Source: Gemmatimonadaceae bacterium
GTDB lineage: Bacteria; Gemmatimonadota; Gemmatimonadetes; Gemmatimonadales; Gemmatimonadaceae
DNA: 62,376 nt
Direction of reading: 5' to 3'
Assembly (NCBI GenBank): GCA_049453775.1
Contig: JBMTXT010000001.1
Coordinates: 1-62,376, forward strand
Part shown: positions 11,201 to 20,209 of the stretch, in pieces
Numbering within the stretch: the first letter of the stretch is position 1
Layout of the letters: every line of letters starts with the position of its first letter
The notes under the pieces: generated by a model
Told to the model about the DNA's origin: nothing
The model's input: the letters and a program-made list of their open reading frames with translations, nothing else
Database searches by the model: none
Made by a program: the position numbers and the translations under genes

Positions 11201-12573
11201 GCCCCCAACCGGGTGAGGAGCTCGGGGCCCGTCTTGGTGACATCCCCCGCCCCGACGGTGAGGACCAGATCGCCCGCGCGCACGCGCTCGGCGAGGGCGT
11301 CGGCCATCGCGGAGCGCGGGCCGGTCCACGCCGGCGCGCGCCCCGCCCGCGCGGCGGCTTCGGCGATCAAGGCGCTCGTGACCCCAGGGATCGGCTGCTC
11401 GCGCGCCGGGTAGATGTCGGCGAGACAGCAGAGGTCCGCGGCGGCGAGCGCGGTGCCGAACGCCTCGGCGAAATCGCGCGTGCGGCTGAACAGATGCGGC
11501 TGGAAAGCGATGACGATCCGCCGATCGGGATAGGCCTCGCGCGCCGCCGCGATGGTCGCCGCCACCTCGGTGGGGTGATGCGCGTAGTCATCGACCACCG
11601 TCACCCCCCGCGCGCTTCCCTTCCGCTGGAAGCGCCGCTCCGCCCCGACGAAGCGCGCCAGCCCCGGCGCCATCGCCTCGACGGTGAGCCCCCACGGCCC
11701 GATCCCGCAGGCGAGCGCCGCCAGCGCATTCAACACGTTGTGCCGCCCCGGCACGCCGAGGTGCACCTCGCCGAGCGGCTTCCCATCGTAGACGACGGTG
11801 AAGGTCGAGCCACCGTCCTGATGCCGGAGATCGCGCGCGACGAGCCGCGCCTCGGGACTCGTCATCCCGTAGCGGATCACCTCCGCCGTCGCCGGCGAGG
11901 GGAGCGCATTCGCCCCGGGATCGTCGGCGCAGAGCACCACGTAGCGCGCGCGCCGCACGTACGTCGCGAAGGTCGCCATGATGTCGGCGAAATCGGCGTA
12001 GATATCGAGATGATCGGCCTCGACGTTCGTCACGACCGCGACCGTCGGCGTGAGCGCGAGGAACGACCGGTCATACTCGTCGGCCTCGACCACGAAGAGC
12101 TCGTGCCCGCCACGGGAGAGGTTCCCCCCCCACGCCGTCACGCGGGCACCGACCACGCCGGTCGGATCCTTCCCCGCCGCCGCGAGCGCCTCGGTGGTCA
12201 TCACCGTCGTCGTGCTCTTCCCATGCGTGCCCGCGATCCCGATCAGCACCCCACCCGCCGTCGCCTCGGCGAGCGCCTCGGCGCGACGGACCACCGCGAT
12301 TCCCAAGGCCCGCGCGCGCGCCACCTCGGGATGGTCCTTCGGGATCGCGCTGGAAACGACGAGCGCGCGATGCCCCTCGAGGTGCGCGGGGTCATGCCCC
12401 GTCTGCACCGGGATCCCGAGCGCGATCAGGTCGGCGGCGCCGGCGGGATCGCGATCGCATCCCGTCACAGACGCGCCGCGCCGATGCAGCAATTCGGCGA
12501 GCGCACTCATCCCGGCGCCACCGATCCCTTGAAAGTGGACCGGCCGTGGATCGGTCGGATCGAGCAATGACAT
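11197..12573 (-). CDS. murC: UDP-N-acetylmuramate--L-alanine ligase
   Basis: GIGGAGMSALA, GTHGKSTT, EADEYD, DDYAHHPTE, FQPHLFSRT. Confidence 0.97.
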   Translation of the reverse strand: MSLLDPTDPRPVHFQGIGGAGMSALAELLHRRGASVTGCDRDPAGAADLIALGIPVQTGHDPAHLEGHRALVVSSAIPKDHPEVARARALGIAVVRRAEALAEATAGGVLIGIAGTHGKSTTTVMTTEALAAAGKDPTGVVGARVTAWGGNLSRGGHELFVVEADEYDRSFLALTPTVAVVTNVEADHLDIYADFADIMATFATYVRRARYVVLCADDPGANALPSPATAEVIRYGMTSPEARLVARDLRHQDGGSTFTVVYDGKPLGEVHLGVPGRHNVLNALAALACGIGPWGLTVEAMAPGLARFVGAERRFQRKGSARGVTVVDDYAHHPTEVAATIAAAREAYPDRRIVIAFQPHLFSRTRDFAEAFGTALAAADLCCLADIYPAREQPIPGVTSALIAEAAARAGRAPAWTGPRSAMADALAERVRAGDLVLTVGAGDVTKTGPELLTRLGA

Positions 12574-12582
12574 GCGAGGAAT

Positions 12583-13680
12583 CTAGACGGCGCGGCGATC
12601 GAGACGCTGCGCGATGTGCTGGGCGATGTCCGCCGCGGCGGTGGGGCGTCCCCGCCCGCGTGCCGCCGCACGCATGGCCTGGCGCGCCGCCGGATCGTCG
12701 AGCAGCGCACGCACCTCGGCGTCGATACGCGCCGCGCTGAGCGCCGATTCGGGGAGGTGCCGGGCGGCCCCAGCCGCCTCGAGCACCCGCGCATTCGCCG
12801 TCTGATGGTCCTGCGCCGCCGAGGGCAGCGGGACGATCACCATCGGGATCCCCCACGCACAAAGCTCGCTCGTCCCCATCATCCCCCCGCGGACGAGGGC
12901 AAGGTCGGCGGCGGCGTACGCGTCGCTGATCGGCGAGAGGTACGGCACCACCCGCACATCGGCACGGTCGAGATGCGCGAAGGCATCGTGCTGGCCGCGC
13001 CCCGTCGCCCAGAGGACACAGAGCCCCGCCGGGATCCCCTGCTCCACCCAGCGCGCCACCGCCCGGTTGATCGCCCGGGATCCCTGCGACCCGCCGAAGA
13101 CGAGCACGACCGTCGCCGCCGCGGGAAAGCCCCACCGAGCGCGGGCCTCTGCCGGCGCCGGATGGAGATCGGGCGGCGGCTGGATCGGGTTCCCCGTGTC
13201 GTGATAGAGGCAGCGCCCCTTCGGGAGCCAGCGCTCCGCCTCGGGATAGCCGAGATAGGCCTCCGTCGCGAAGCGCGCGGTCCACCGGGCGGTGATCCCG
13301 GGGATCGCGTCCCCGATGTGCTGCACGAGTGGGACGCGATGCGCCCACGCCCACGCCGAGGCGAGCCCCGCAGCATAGCCCCCGGTCCCCACCACCATGG
13401 CCGGACGCAACGTGCGCCCCAGCTCCGACATCGCCCGCCACCCGCTCACCGCCCCGCGCAGGGTCCGCCAGTTCCGCCAGAGCTGCGGCCGGTAGAGGGG
13501 ATGGAGATCGAGCAACCGATACGGGAATTCGGTGGTCGGGAGCACCTCCCGTTCGATCCCGCGCTGCGCCCCGACGAAGAAGGGACGGACCTCCGGGCGG
13601 CGCGCGACGAGGGCCCGGGCGATCGCGAGTGCGGGATAGAGGTGCCCACCGGTCCCGCCCCCGGTGAAGAGGACGTTCAT
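12583..13680 (-). CDS. murG: undecaprenyldiphospho-muramoylpentapeptide N-acetylglucosaminyltransferase
   Basis: MNVLFTGGGTGGHLYP, GTGGY, TGNP, GGSQG, DHQTANA. Start set at ATG 13680. Confidence 0.96.
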   Translation of the reverse strand: MNVLFTGGGTGGHLYPALAIARALVARRPEVRPFFVGAQRGIEREVLPTTEFPYRLLDLHPLYRPQLWRNWRTLRGAVSGWRAMSELGRTLRPAMVVGTGGYAAGLASAWAWAHRVPLVQHIGDAIPGITARWTARFATEAYLGYPEAERWLPKGRCLYHDTGNPIQPPPDLHPAPAEARARWGFPAAATVVLVFGGSQGSRAINRAVARWVEQGIPAGLCVLWATGRGQHDAFAHLDRADVRVVPYLSPISDAYAAADLALVRGGMMGTSELCAWGIPMVIVPLPSAAQDHQTANARVLEAAGAARHLPESALSAARIDAEVRALLDDPAARQAMRAAARGRGRPTAAADIAQHIAQRLDRRAV

Positions 13681-14891
13681 CGTGCGCGGGGCGCCGGAGC
13701 GCGACCACCCACGCGCTCTCGCTCGCTCCCGATGTTCACGAGGAGTCCCGTGATGAAGAGCGAGAGCATGATGTTCGAGCGCCCGTACGAGACGAAGGGC
13801 AACGTGAGCCCGGTGGTGGGCAACAACCCGATCACGACGCCCAGGTGCAGGTACGCGGTGAAGACCATCGTCGTGGTCAATCCGATCGCGACCAACTGCA
13901 GGAAGGGGGAACGTGCCTGCTTCGCGATGCGGAAGCCGAGCCAGGTCCAGAGCGCGTAGAGCACGATCAATCCCGCCAATCCCACGAAGCCCCACTCCTC
14001 ACCGACATTGCTCCCGATGAAGTCGTTGTACGGGAGGGGGAGGAACCCGAACTGTTGCCGGCCCTGTCCGAAGCCCACACCGAAGAGCCCCCCGGACCCG
14101 ACGGCGATCAGCGACTGCTGGAGCTGGTGCTTCACCGCCTCGGTGCCATCGGTCCCATCGACGAAGCCGAGGAGCCGGCGTACGATGTAATCGAACTTGC
14201 CGACGAAGGTCCAGACGAAGGGGATCCCGACGATCCCCAGGAAGACGAAGTGCCCGATGCGCGCGCCGGCGGCGAAGAGCATCACCCCCATCACGAGCGC
14301 GTAGAACAACGCGACGGAGACATCGGGCTCCAACGCGACCAGCGCGGTGAGGATCCCGAAGATCGCGCCGAAGGGCGCCAGCCCCTTGCTGAGACGGCGG
14401 AGCCCCTGCTCCCCCCCCTTCTTCACGATCAACATCGCTGTCCAGATGACGAGCGCGAGCTTCCCGAACTCAGACGGCTGGATCGATCCCCCGAAGAGGA
14501 AGCGACGCGAGCCGTTGATCGGGGGTGCGATCGACCGGGTGAAGGGGAGCACGGTCAGGAGGAGACCGACGATCGTGAGGAGGATCCCCGCCCAGGCAAG
14601 CTTCTGCCAGCGATCGGCATCGACCTTGGCGAGGACGGCGAACCCGACGAGTCCCGCCGCCACCCCGGTCAATTGCCGATACAGGAAGTGCCAGCTCGGG
14701 CGCTGCGCCGCCATCGCCACCCCGGCACTCGCCGAGTAGAGCGTCGCGAGGCCGAAGGCGAGCAATACCGCCGTGATGACGATGAGGATCCGGGCCTCGA
14801 GCGACATCCGCCACCGGAACCGGGCGCCGGTCGACTCGACCCCACGCGCCGCCGTCTCGGCGTCCTTCCAGAGGATCGGGGGCGCGGTCAC
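13677..14891 (-). CDS. ftsW: SEDS peptidoglycan glycosyltransferase FtsW
   Basis: Multi-TM protein with SIQPSEFGK, GSGGLFGVG, LPLPYNDFI, GEEWG, LPFVSYG; dcw position. Confidence 0.95.
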   Translation of the reverse strand: MTAPPILWKDAETAARGVESTGARFRWRMSLEARILIVITAVLLAFGLATLYSASAGVAMAAQRPSWHFLYRQLTGVAAGLVGFAVLAKVDADRWQKLAWAGILLTIVGLLLTVLPFTRSIAPPINGSRRFLFGGSIQPSEFGKLALVIWTAMLIVKKGGEQGLRRLSKGLAPFGAIFGILTALVALEPDVSVALFYALVMGVMLFAAGARIGHFVFLGIVGIPFVWTFVGKFDYIVRRLLGFVDGTDGTEAVKHQLQQSLIAVGSGGLFGVGFGQGRQQFGFLPLPYNDFIGSNVGEEWGFVGLAGLIVLYALWTWLGFRIAKQARSPFLQLVAIGLTTTMVFTAYLHLGVVIGLLPTTGLTLPFVSYGRSNIMLSLFITGLLVNIGSERERVGGRAPAPRAR

Positions 14892-16270
14892 GCGCCGAGA
14901 GCGAGCCGACGGAAGGTCTCGCCGCGATGCAGATAGTCGGTGAACATGTCGTAGCTCGAGCAGGCGGGGGCCAAGAGGACGACGTCACCGGGCGCCGCGC
15001 GGGCTCGCGCCCGCGCGATGACGTCCTCAAAGGACGATCCGAGCCGCTCGACGGGCACATGCCCTTCCAGATCCCCCGCCACCAGCGCCGCGGCCTCCCC
15101 GAAGGCGAGGACCACCTTGCAGTGGGATCGGATGGCGTCGAGCATCGCCGTGTACGGCTCCCCTTTGTGCCGCCCGCCGAGGAGGAGGATCACCGGTCGG
15201 GTCATCCCCTCGAGGGCGACGCGCGCCGCGCTGACATTCGTCGCCTTGGAGTCATTCACCCAGAGCACGCCATCGACCTCGCCCACCGGCTCCACCCGAT
15301 GCGGGATCGCGCGGAAGGTGCGGAGCCCTTCGGCAAGCCGGGCCCGCGCGTCCGGGGTCTGATGCGCCGGATCCGCCGCCCAGACCGCGAGCGCGGCACA
15401 GAGGGCATTCGCGACGTTGTGATCGCCGAGGAGCTGGAGCTCCGCGCGCGCGAGAAGGGGCGCCCCATCGAGCATCAACCGGTCGCCGGCCCGGTCATAC
15501 CAGGCCTCCGCCGTGGCGTCGGTGAGCGAGAAGCGGAGCGCACGGCCCGGGACCCCCGCCGTCCGCCGCATCACCTCCGCGTCATCCCCGTTCACGACAC
15601 GCCACGACTGGGGCGTCGCGTTCGCGAAGAGGCGCATCTTGTCACCGTAGTACGCGTCGAGCGAGTCGTAGCGATCGAGATGGTCGGGGCTCAGGTTGGT
15701 GAGCACCGCCACCCGTGGGGCCACGGAGGGGGTGTCGTGCAACTGGAAGCTCGAGAGCTCGAGCGAGGCCCAGGGCGGCACGACCGCACGCCCCGCGATC
15801 TCAGCGAGCGGGGTCCCGATATTCCCCGCCTCGACGGCGTCGCGCCCGACGGCCCGGAGCAGATGCCCGATCAGGGCGGTGACGGTGGTCTTCCCGTTCG
15901 TCCCGGTGGTCGCGATGTAGGCGAGTGCGGGGAGCGCCCCAAGGGCGACATCGATCTCGGAGCGCACCGGGATCCCCCGGGCGTGGGCGGTCGCGACCAG
16001 CGGTGCGGTCGGCGGCACGCCGGGGCTCACGACGACCGCGCTCGCGCGGGCGATGCGGTCCAGATCGTGCGCGCCCGCCTCGGCGTCGATCCCCTCAGCC
16101 CGCAACGCGGCGGCGGCCTGCTGCACCCGGTCGCCGCGCCCCGCATCGCTCACATAGACCCGTACGCCGCTGCGCGCGAGCAACCGCGCCACAGCCACCC
16201 CGCTCGCCCCGAGTCCGATCACGGCGACCTCACCGCCGGCGGCGGGTGTGGTCTCCCCCGGTGCCCTCAT
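14888..16270 (-). CDS. murD: UDP-N-acetylmuramoyl-L-alanine--D-glutamate ligase
   Basis: GLGASG, VVSPGVP, TGTNGKTT, ELSSFQL, DHLDRY, NDSKATN, LAPACSSYDMF. Start set at ATG 16270. Confidence 0.96.
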   Translation of the reverse strand: MRAPGETTPAAGGEVAVIGLGASGVAVARLLARSGVRVYVSDAGRGDRVQQAAAALRAEGIDAEAGAHDLDRIARASAVVVSPGVPPTAPLVATAHARGIPVRSEIDVALGALPALAYIATTGTNGKTTVTALIGHLLRAVGRDAVEAGNIGTPLAEIAGRAVVPPWASLELSSFQLHDTPSVAPRVAVLTNLSPDHLDRYDSLDAYYGDKMRLFANATPQSWRVVNGDDAEVMRRTAGVPGRALRFSLTDATAEAWYDRAGDRLMLDGAPLLARAELQLLGDHNVANALCAALAVWAADPAHQTPDARARLAEGLRTFRAIPHRVEPVGEVDGVLWVNDSKATNVSAARVALEGMTRPVILLLGGRHKGEPYTAMLDAIRSHCKVVLAFGEAAALVAGDLEGHVPVERLGSSFEDVIARARARAAPGDVVLLAPACSSYDMFTDYLHRGETFRRLALGA

Positions 16271-17397
16271 CGGATCTTCAGCGTGGAGAGGGCGAGGAAG
16301 GCACAGAGGATCCCCAACAACCAGAAGCGCACCACCACCTGCGTCTCCGGCCACCCCTTGAGCTCGAAGTGATGATGGATCGGCGCGCGCAGGAAGACGC
16401 GATGCGCCTTCGCATACGCGAGCCCATGCCGACGCCGACGCCACTTGAAGGTCGTGCGCTGGACAATCACCGAGACCGTCTCCGCGACGAAGACGCCACC
16501 GACGATCAGCACGAGGAACTCGCTCTTGAGCAGGATCGCCACTGCCCCCAAGGCCCCACCGAGGGCGAGCGAGCCGGTATCCCCCATGAAGACCTGGGCC
16601 GGATGGGCGTTGTACCAGAGGAACCCCGCCGCCGCCCCGAAGACCGCCGCACAGAAGATCGTGAGCTCCCCTGCCCCGCGCAGATAGAAGATCTGCAGAT
16701 ACGCCGAGGCGTCGACGCGCCCCATCGCGTAGGCGAAGACCGCCATGGTGAGCATCGCGATCGCCATGAGCCCGGCGGCCAAGCCATCCAGCCCATCGGT
16801 CAGATTGACCGCATTGCTCGTCCCGGTCATCACGAAGGTGACGAAGGCGAGATAGATGACCGGGGGGAGCGTCACGAGGAGATACTTGTAGAAGGGGAGC
16901 GTCGTCGCCGTCCCCGAGAGCTGGCTCAGCGGCCACCGCCAGATGATGAGCCCGAGCGCGAGCCCGATCGTCACCTGCCCGGCGAGCTTGTACCGCTCCA
17001 CGAGCCCACGGTTCTCCTCTCCCGCGCGCTTCTGGCGCAGCTTGAGATAGTCATCGAGGAACCCGATCGCGCCCATCCCGAGGGTCACGACCAGGGCGAG
17101 CCAGACATACCGGCTATCAAAGCGCATCCAGAGCAGCGTCGCGAGCGCGATCGCCGCGAGGATGATGAGCCCCCCCATTGTAGGCGTCGTCCCCTTCCCC
17201 GCATGCGTGTCGGGCGTCCCCTCGCGCACCACCTGATGCACCTGCATCCGCTGCAGCGCGCGGAGGAGCATCGGGCCCAGCACGAAGGAGACGAGGAGCG
17301 CCGTCATCGCGGCACCCGCGGCGCGGAACGAGATGTAGCGGATGATGTTGAATCCGCTCTCATAGCGCGTGAGGGGGAGGAGGAACTCGTAGAGCAT
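16267..17397 (-). CDS. mraY: phospho-N-acetylmuramoyl-pentapeptide transferase
   Basis: TPTMGG, GFLDDY, NAVNLTDGLDGLA, FMGDTGS, APIHHHFE. Start set at ATG 17397. Confidence 0.97.
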   Translation of the reverse strand: MLYEFLLPLTRYESGFNIIRYISFRAAGAAMTALLVSFVLGPMLLRALQRMQVHQVVREGTPDTHAGKGTTPTMGGLIILAAIALATLLWMRFDSRYVWLALVVTLGMGAIGFLDDYLKLRQKRAGEENRGLVERYKLAGQVTIGLALGLIIWRWPLSQLSGTATTLPFYKYLLVTLPPVIYLAFVTFVMTGTSNAVNLTDGLDGLAAGLMAIAMLTMAVFAYAMGRVDASAYLQIFYLRGAGELTIFCAAVFGAAAGFLWYNAHPAQVFMGDTGSLALGGALGAVAILLKSEFLVLIVGGVFVAETVSVIVQRTTFKWRRRRHGLAYAKAHRVFLRAPIHHHFELKGWPETQVVVRFWLLGILCAFLALSTLKIR

Positions 17398-18722
17398 CAG
17401 GGGGTGGCCCAGGAGGTGAGAGGCGGGACCAGGCGCTCGAGCGCGACCCCGCGAGAGGCTTTCAAGAGGATGGCCGCATCGGGGTGGAGGCGCGGCTGCA
17501 GCTGCGGCCAGAGCTCGTCGACGTCGGCCGCGAGGAGGAGGCGGGGATCCCCGAGGGCCAGCGACTCGAGCGCGGGGACGAACTCCCCGATCCCGCAGAT
17601 GAGATCGAAGCCCCCCGCGAGCGCGGCCTCCGCCACCTCGCGGTGCGCGCGCGGCGCGGCGGCCCCCAACTCCCGCATCGTCCCCAGCACGACGACCCGC
17701 TGACGCCCCACCCCGACATCGGCGAGCAGGGCGAGCGCGGCCTTCGCCGAGCCGGGGTTCGCGTTGTAGGCGTCGTTCACCAGGAGCGCGCGACCGAGCG
17801 GCGTGACCGCCGAGCGCATCGCGGGCAGCGGCATCGCGGCGATCCCGCGGGCCGCATCCGCCGCGGCGATCCCGAACTCCCGGCCCACCGCGAGCGCGAG
17901 CGCCGCATTCGCCACGTTGTGCCGCCCCCGCAGGGGGAGCTCCACGCGCGTCCCTTCCTGTTCGATCCACCCGCGGCCATCGGGATGCACCCCACTCGCG
18001 GTCGGCACCGTGACCGCGACCACCCGCCCCGCACGCCGCGTCGCCTCCGCCACCACCGCGGGCTCCGCCGCCGGCACCACCGCGATCGGCACCTCGTCGC
18101 AGAGCGCCAGCTCCTCCGCCATCACCCCGGCGAGGTCCCCGAACCCTTCGAGATGCTCCTCCTGCACCGTCGTCACCACCGCGACATCGGGGCGGGCGAC
18201 ATCCCGCAGGAAGGCGATCTCCCCCGGCTGGTTCGTCCCTACCTCGATCACCGCGACATCGGCGGCATCATCGAGGGCGAGCAGGGTCAGCGGCACGCCG
18301 ACCCGATTGTTCAGGTTGCCAGTCGTCGCATGCACGCGGAGCCGACTCCCGAGGACCGCCTTGAGGAGCTCCTTCGTACTCGTCTTCCCATTGCTCCCCC
18401 CCACCGCCACCACGGGGCGCGCCCAGGCGAGTCGACGATAGCGGGCAAGATCGGCGAGAGCCACGTGGGTGTCCTCGACGGTGTAGACGGGGACGCCGAG
18501 ACCCGCCGTGGGGGTCGCATCCTCGACGACGAGCGCCGCCGCGCCCGCGGCGACCGCCTCCGCGAGAAAGTCATGCGCATCGAACCGCTCACCGCGGAGC
18601 GCGACGAAGCCACTCCCCGGTGTCAGGGCGCGCGTATCGGTGGTGATCCCGGTGAGCGGCCGTCCATCCGCAGGGCCCTGCCCCAGCGCCGCCGCCACTC
18701 GCTCTAGCGTCCAAAAGGTCAT
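17397..18722 (-). CDS. murF: UDP-N-acetylmuramoyl-tripeptide--D-Ala-D-Ala ligase
   Basis: ALRGERFDAH, GSNGKTSTK, NLNNRVGVP, NDAYNANP, LLKASRG. Confidence 0.96.
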   Translation of the reverse strand: MTFWTLERVAAALGQGPADGRPLTGITTDTRALTPGSGFVALRGERFDAHDFLAEAVAAGAAALVVEDATPTAGLGVPVYTVEDTHVALADLARYRRLAWARPVVAVGGSNGKTSTKELLKAVLGSRLRVHATTGNLNNRVGVPLTLLALDDAADVAVIEVGTNQPGEIAFLRDVARPDVAVVTTVQEEHLEGFGDLAGVMAEELALCDEVPIAVVPAAEPAVVAEATRRAGRVVAVTVPTASGVHPDGRGWIEQEGTRVELPLRGRHNVANAALALAVGREFGIAAADAARGIAAMPLPAMRSAVTPLGRALLVNDAYNANPGSAKAALALLADVGVGRQRVVVLGTMRELGAAAPRAHREVAEAALAGGFDLICGIGEFVPALESLALGDPRLLLAADVDELWPQLQPRLHPDAAILLKASRGVALERLVPPLTSWATP

Positions 18723-20209
18723 GCCGACCCTCGCAGCAGCGCGTGCACGATCTCCCGCTCATCGAATGGGACCTTGGAGGTCCCGTAGATCTGATAGGTA
18801 TCGGGGCCCTTGCCGACCATCAGCACCACATCCGCGGCGGGATCGGCGATGCGAAGCGCGTGGGCGATCCCCTCGCGGCGGTCGCGGATCACCTCGAAGC
18901 TCCCCGGTGGCAGCGGGGCCACCATGTCGGCGATGATCTGCTCGGGGTCCTCGGTGCGCGGATTGTCATCGGTAATGACGAGACGATCGGCGAGCCGATG
19001 CGCCACGGCCGCCATCAGTGGGCGCTTCCCGCGGTCGCGATCCCCCCCACAGCCAAAGACGAGGATGATCCGGCCGGTGGTGTACGGCCGCAGCGCGGTC
19101 AGGACCCGCTCGTAGGCGTCCGGGGTGTGGGCGTAGTCGCGAAGCACCGTCGGATGCTCGTGCAGCACCTCGAGCCGCCCGGGGACCTGCGGGACGCTCC
19201 CCAACCGCTCGGCGATCGTCGCGGACGGCATCCCCAACGCGAGCGCCGCACCGGCCGCGGCCAACGCATTGGCCACGTTGAAGTCCCCCATCAATGGGAA
19301 GGTGACGGGGAACCGCCCCTCCGGCGTCACCAGGGTCCACTCGCTCCCGCCGGGGCGATAGCGCAGCCCCGTGGCGCGCACGGCGACGTCCGCATCGGCC
19401 ATGGTGAACCGCAGCGTCGGCGCGACCGCCGGGAGCCCTGCCCACATCGGATCATCGGCGTTGAGGATCGCGGTGCCGCGCGGGGCGAGCTGCGCCAGCA
19501 GCAACGCCTTGGCGTCGCGATACGCCTCCATCGTGCCGTGATAGTCGAGATGGTCGCGGGTGAGATTGGTATAGACCGCGGCCGCGAAGGGGAGGCCGTA
19601 CAGGCGCCGCTGATGCAACGCGTGCGACGAGCACTCCATCGCGACCGTCGTCACCCCCGCCTCGACCAGGGCGCGCAGCACCCGCTGCAGCTCGATCGGC
19701 CCAGGGGTCGTGAGACCGGAGCCCCCCGCGAGGGGTCGCCCCTCGCTCCCGATCCGCACCCCGATCGTCCCGAGGCTCGCGGCACACCCCGCGGGGGTGT
19801 CGAGGAGGTGTCGGAGGATATGGACCGTCGTCGTCTTGCCATTCGTCCCGGTCACCCCGACCAGTGTCAGCTGCCGCGCCGGTTCGCCATAGTAGGCGGC
19901 GGCCGCGACCGCCGCCGCGATCCGACTCTCCCGCACGACGCGCGTCGGGACGGGGCAGTCCCCCGCGTCCTCGGCGCTCACGCGTCCCCCCCCCGCCGCC
20001 GCGACCGCCGCGAGGAAGGTGTGGCCATCCCGGGCGCTCCCGCGCACCGCGACGAAGCCGCTCCCCGCCCTGACCTGCCGACTGTCATCGGTGAGCCCCG
20101 CGATCGTGGCGGGCATCGTCCCCCGCACCGCGACCAGCTGCCCGGCCCGCTCGAGCGCCGCGCGGATCCTCTCCACCGGGACCGGCTGGTTCAATTCCTG
20201 CACCGTCAT
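18719..20209 (-). CDS. murE: UDP-N-acetylmuramoyl-dipeptide--meso-diaminopimelate ligase
   Basis: TGTNGKTT, ECSSHAL, TNLTRDHLDYH, DYAHTPD, FGCGGDRD; the DNPR motif indicates mDAP specificity. Confidence 0.96.
   Translation of the reverse strand: MTVQELNQPVPVERIRAALERAGQLVAVRGTMPATIAGLTDDSRQVRAGSGFVAVRGSARDGHTFLAAVAAAGGGRVSAEDAGDCPVPTRVVRESRIAAAVAAAAYYGEPARQLTLVGVTGTNGKTTTVHILRHLLDTPAGCAASLGTIGVRIGSEGRPLAGGSGLTTPGPIELQRVLRALVEAGVTTVAMECSSHALHQRRLYGLPFAAAVYTNLTRDHLDYHGTMEAYRDAKALLLAQLAPRGTAILNADDPMWAGLPAVAPTLRFTMADADVAVRATGLRYRPGGSEWTLVTPEGRFPVTFPLMGDFNVANALAAAGAALALGMPSATIAERLGSVPQVPGRLEVLHEHPTVLRDYAHTPDAYERVLTALRPYTTGRIILVFGCGGDRDRGKRPLMAAVAHRLADRLVITDDNPRTEDPEQIIADMVAPLPPGSFEVIRDRREGIAHALRIADPAADVVLMVGKGPDTYQIYGTSKVPFDEREIVHALLRGSA

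Noticed and set aside
19986-19994. C9 homopolymer in murE as a phase-variation tract
   Set aside because: The frame is intact, the gene is essential and the run simply encodes Gly codons.
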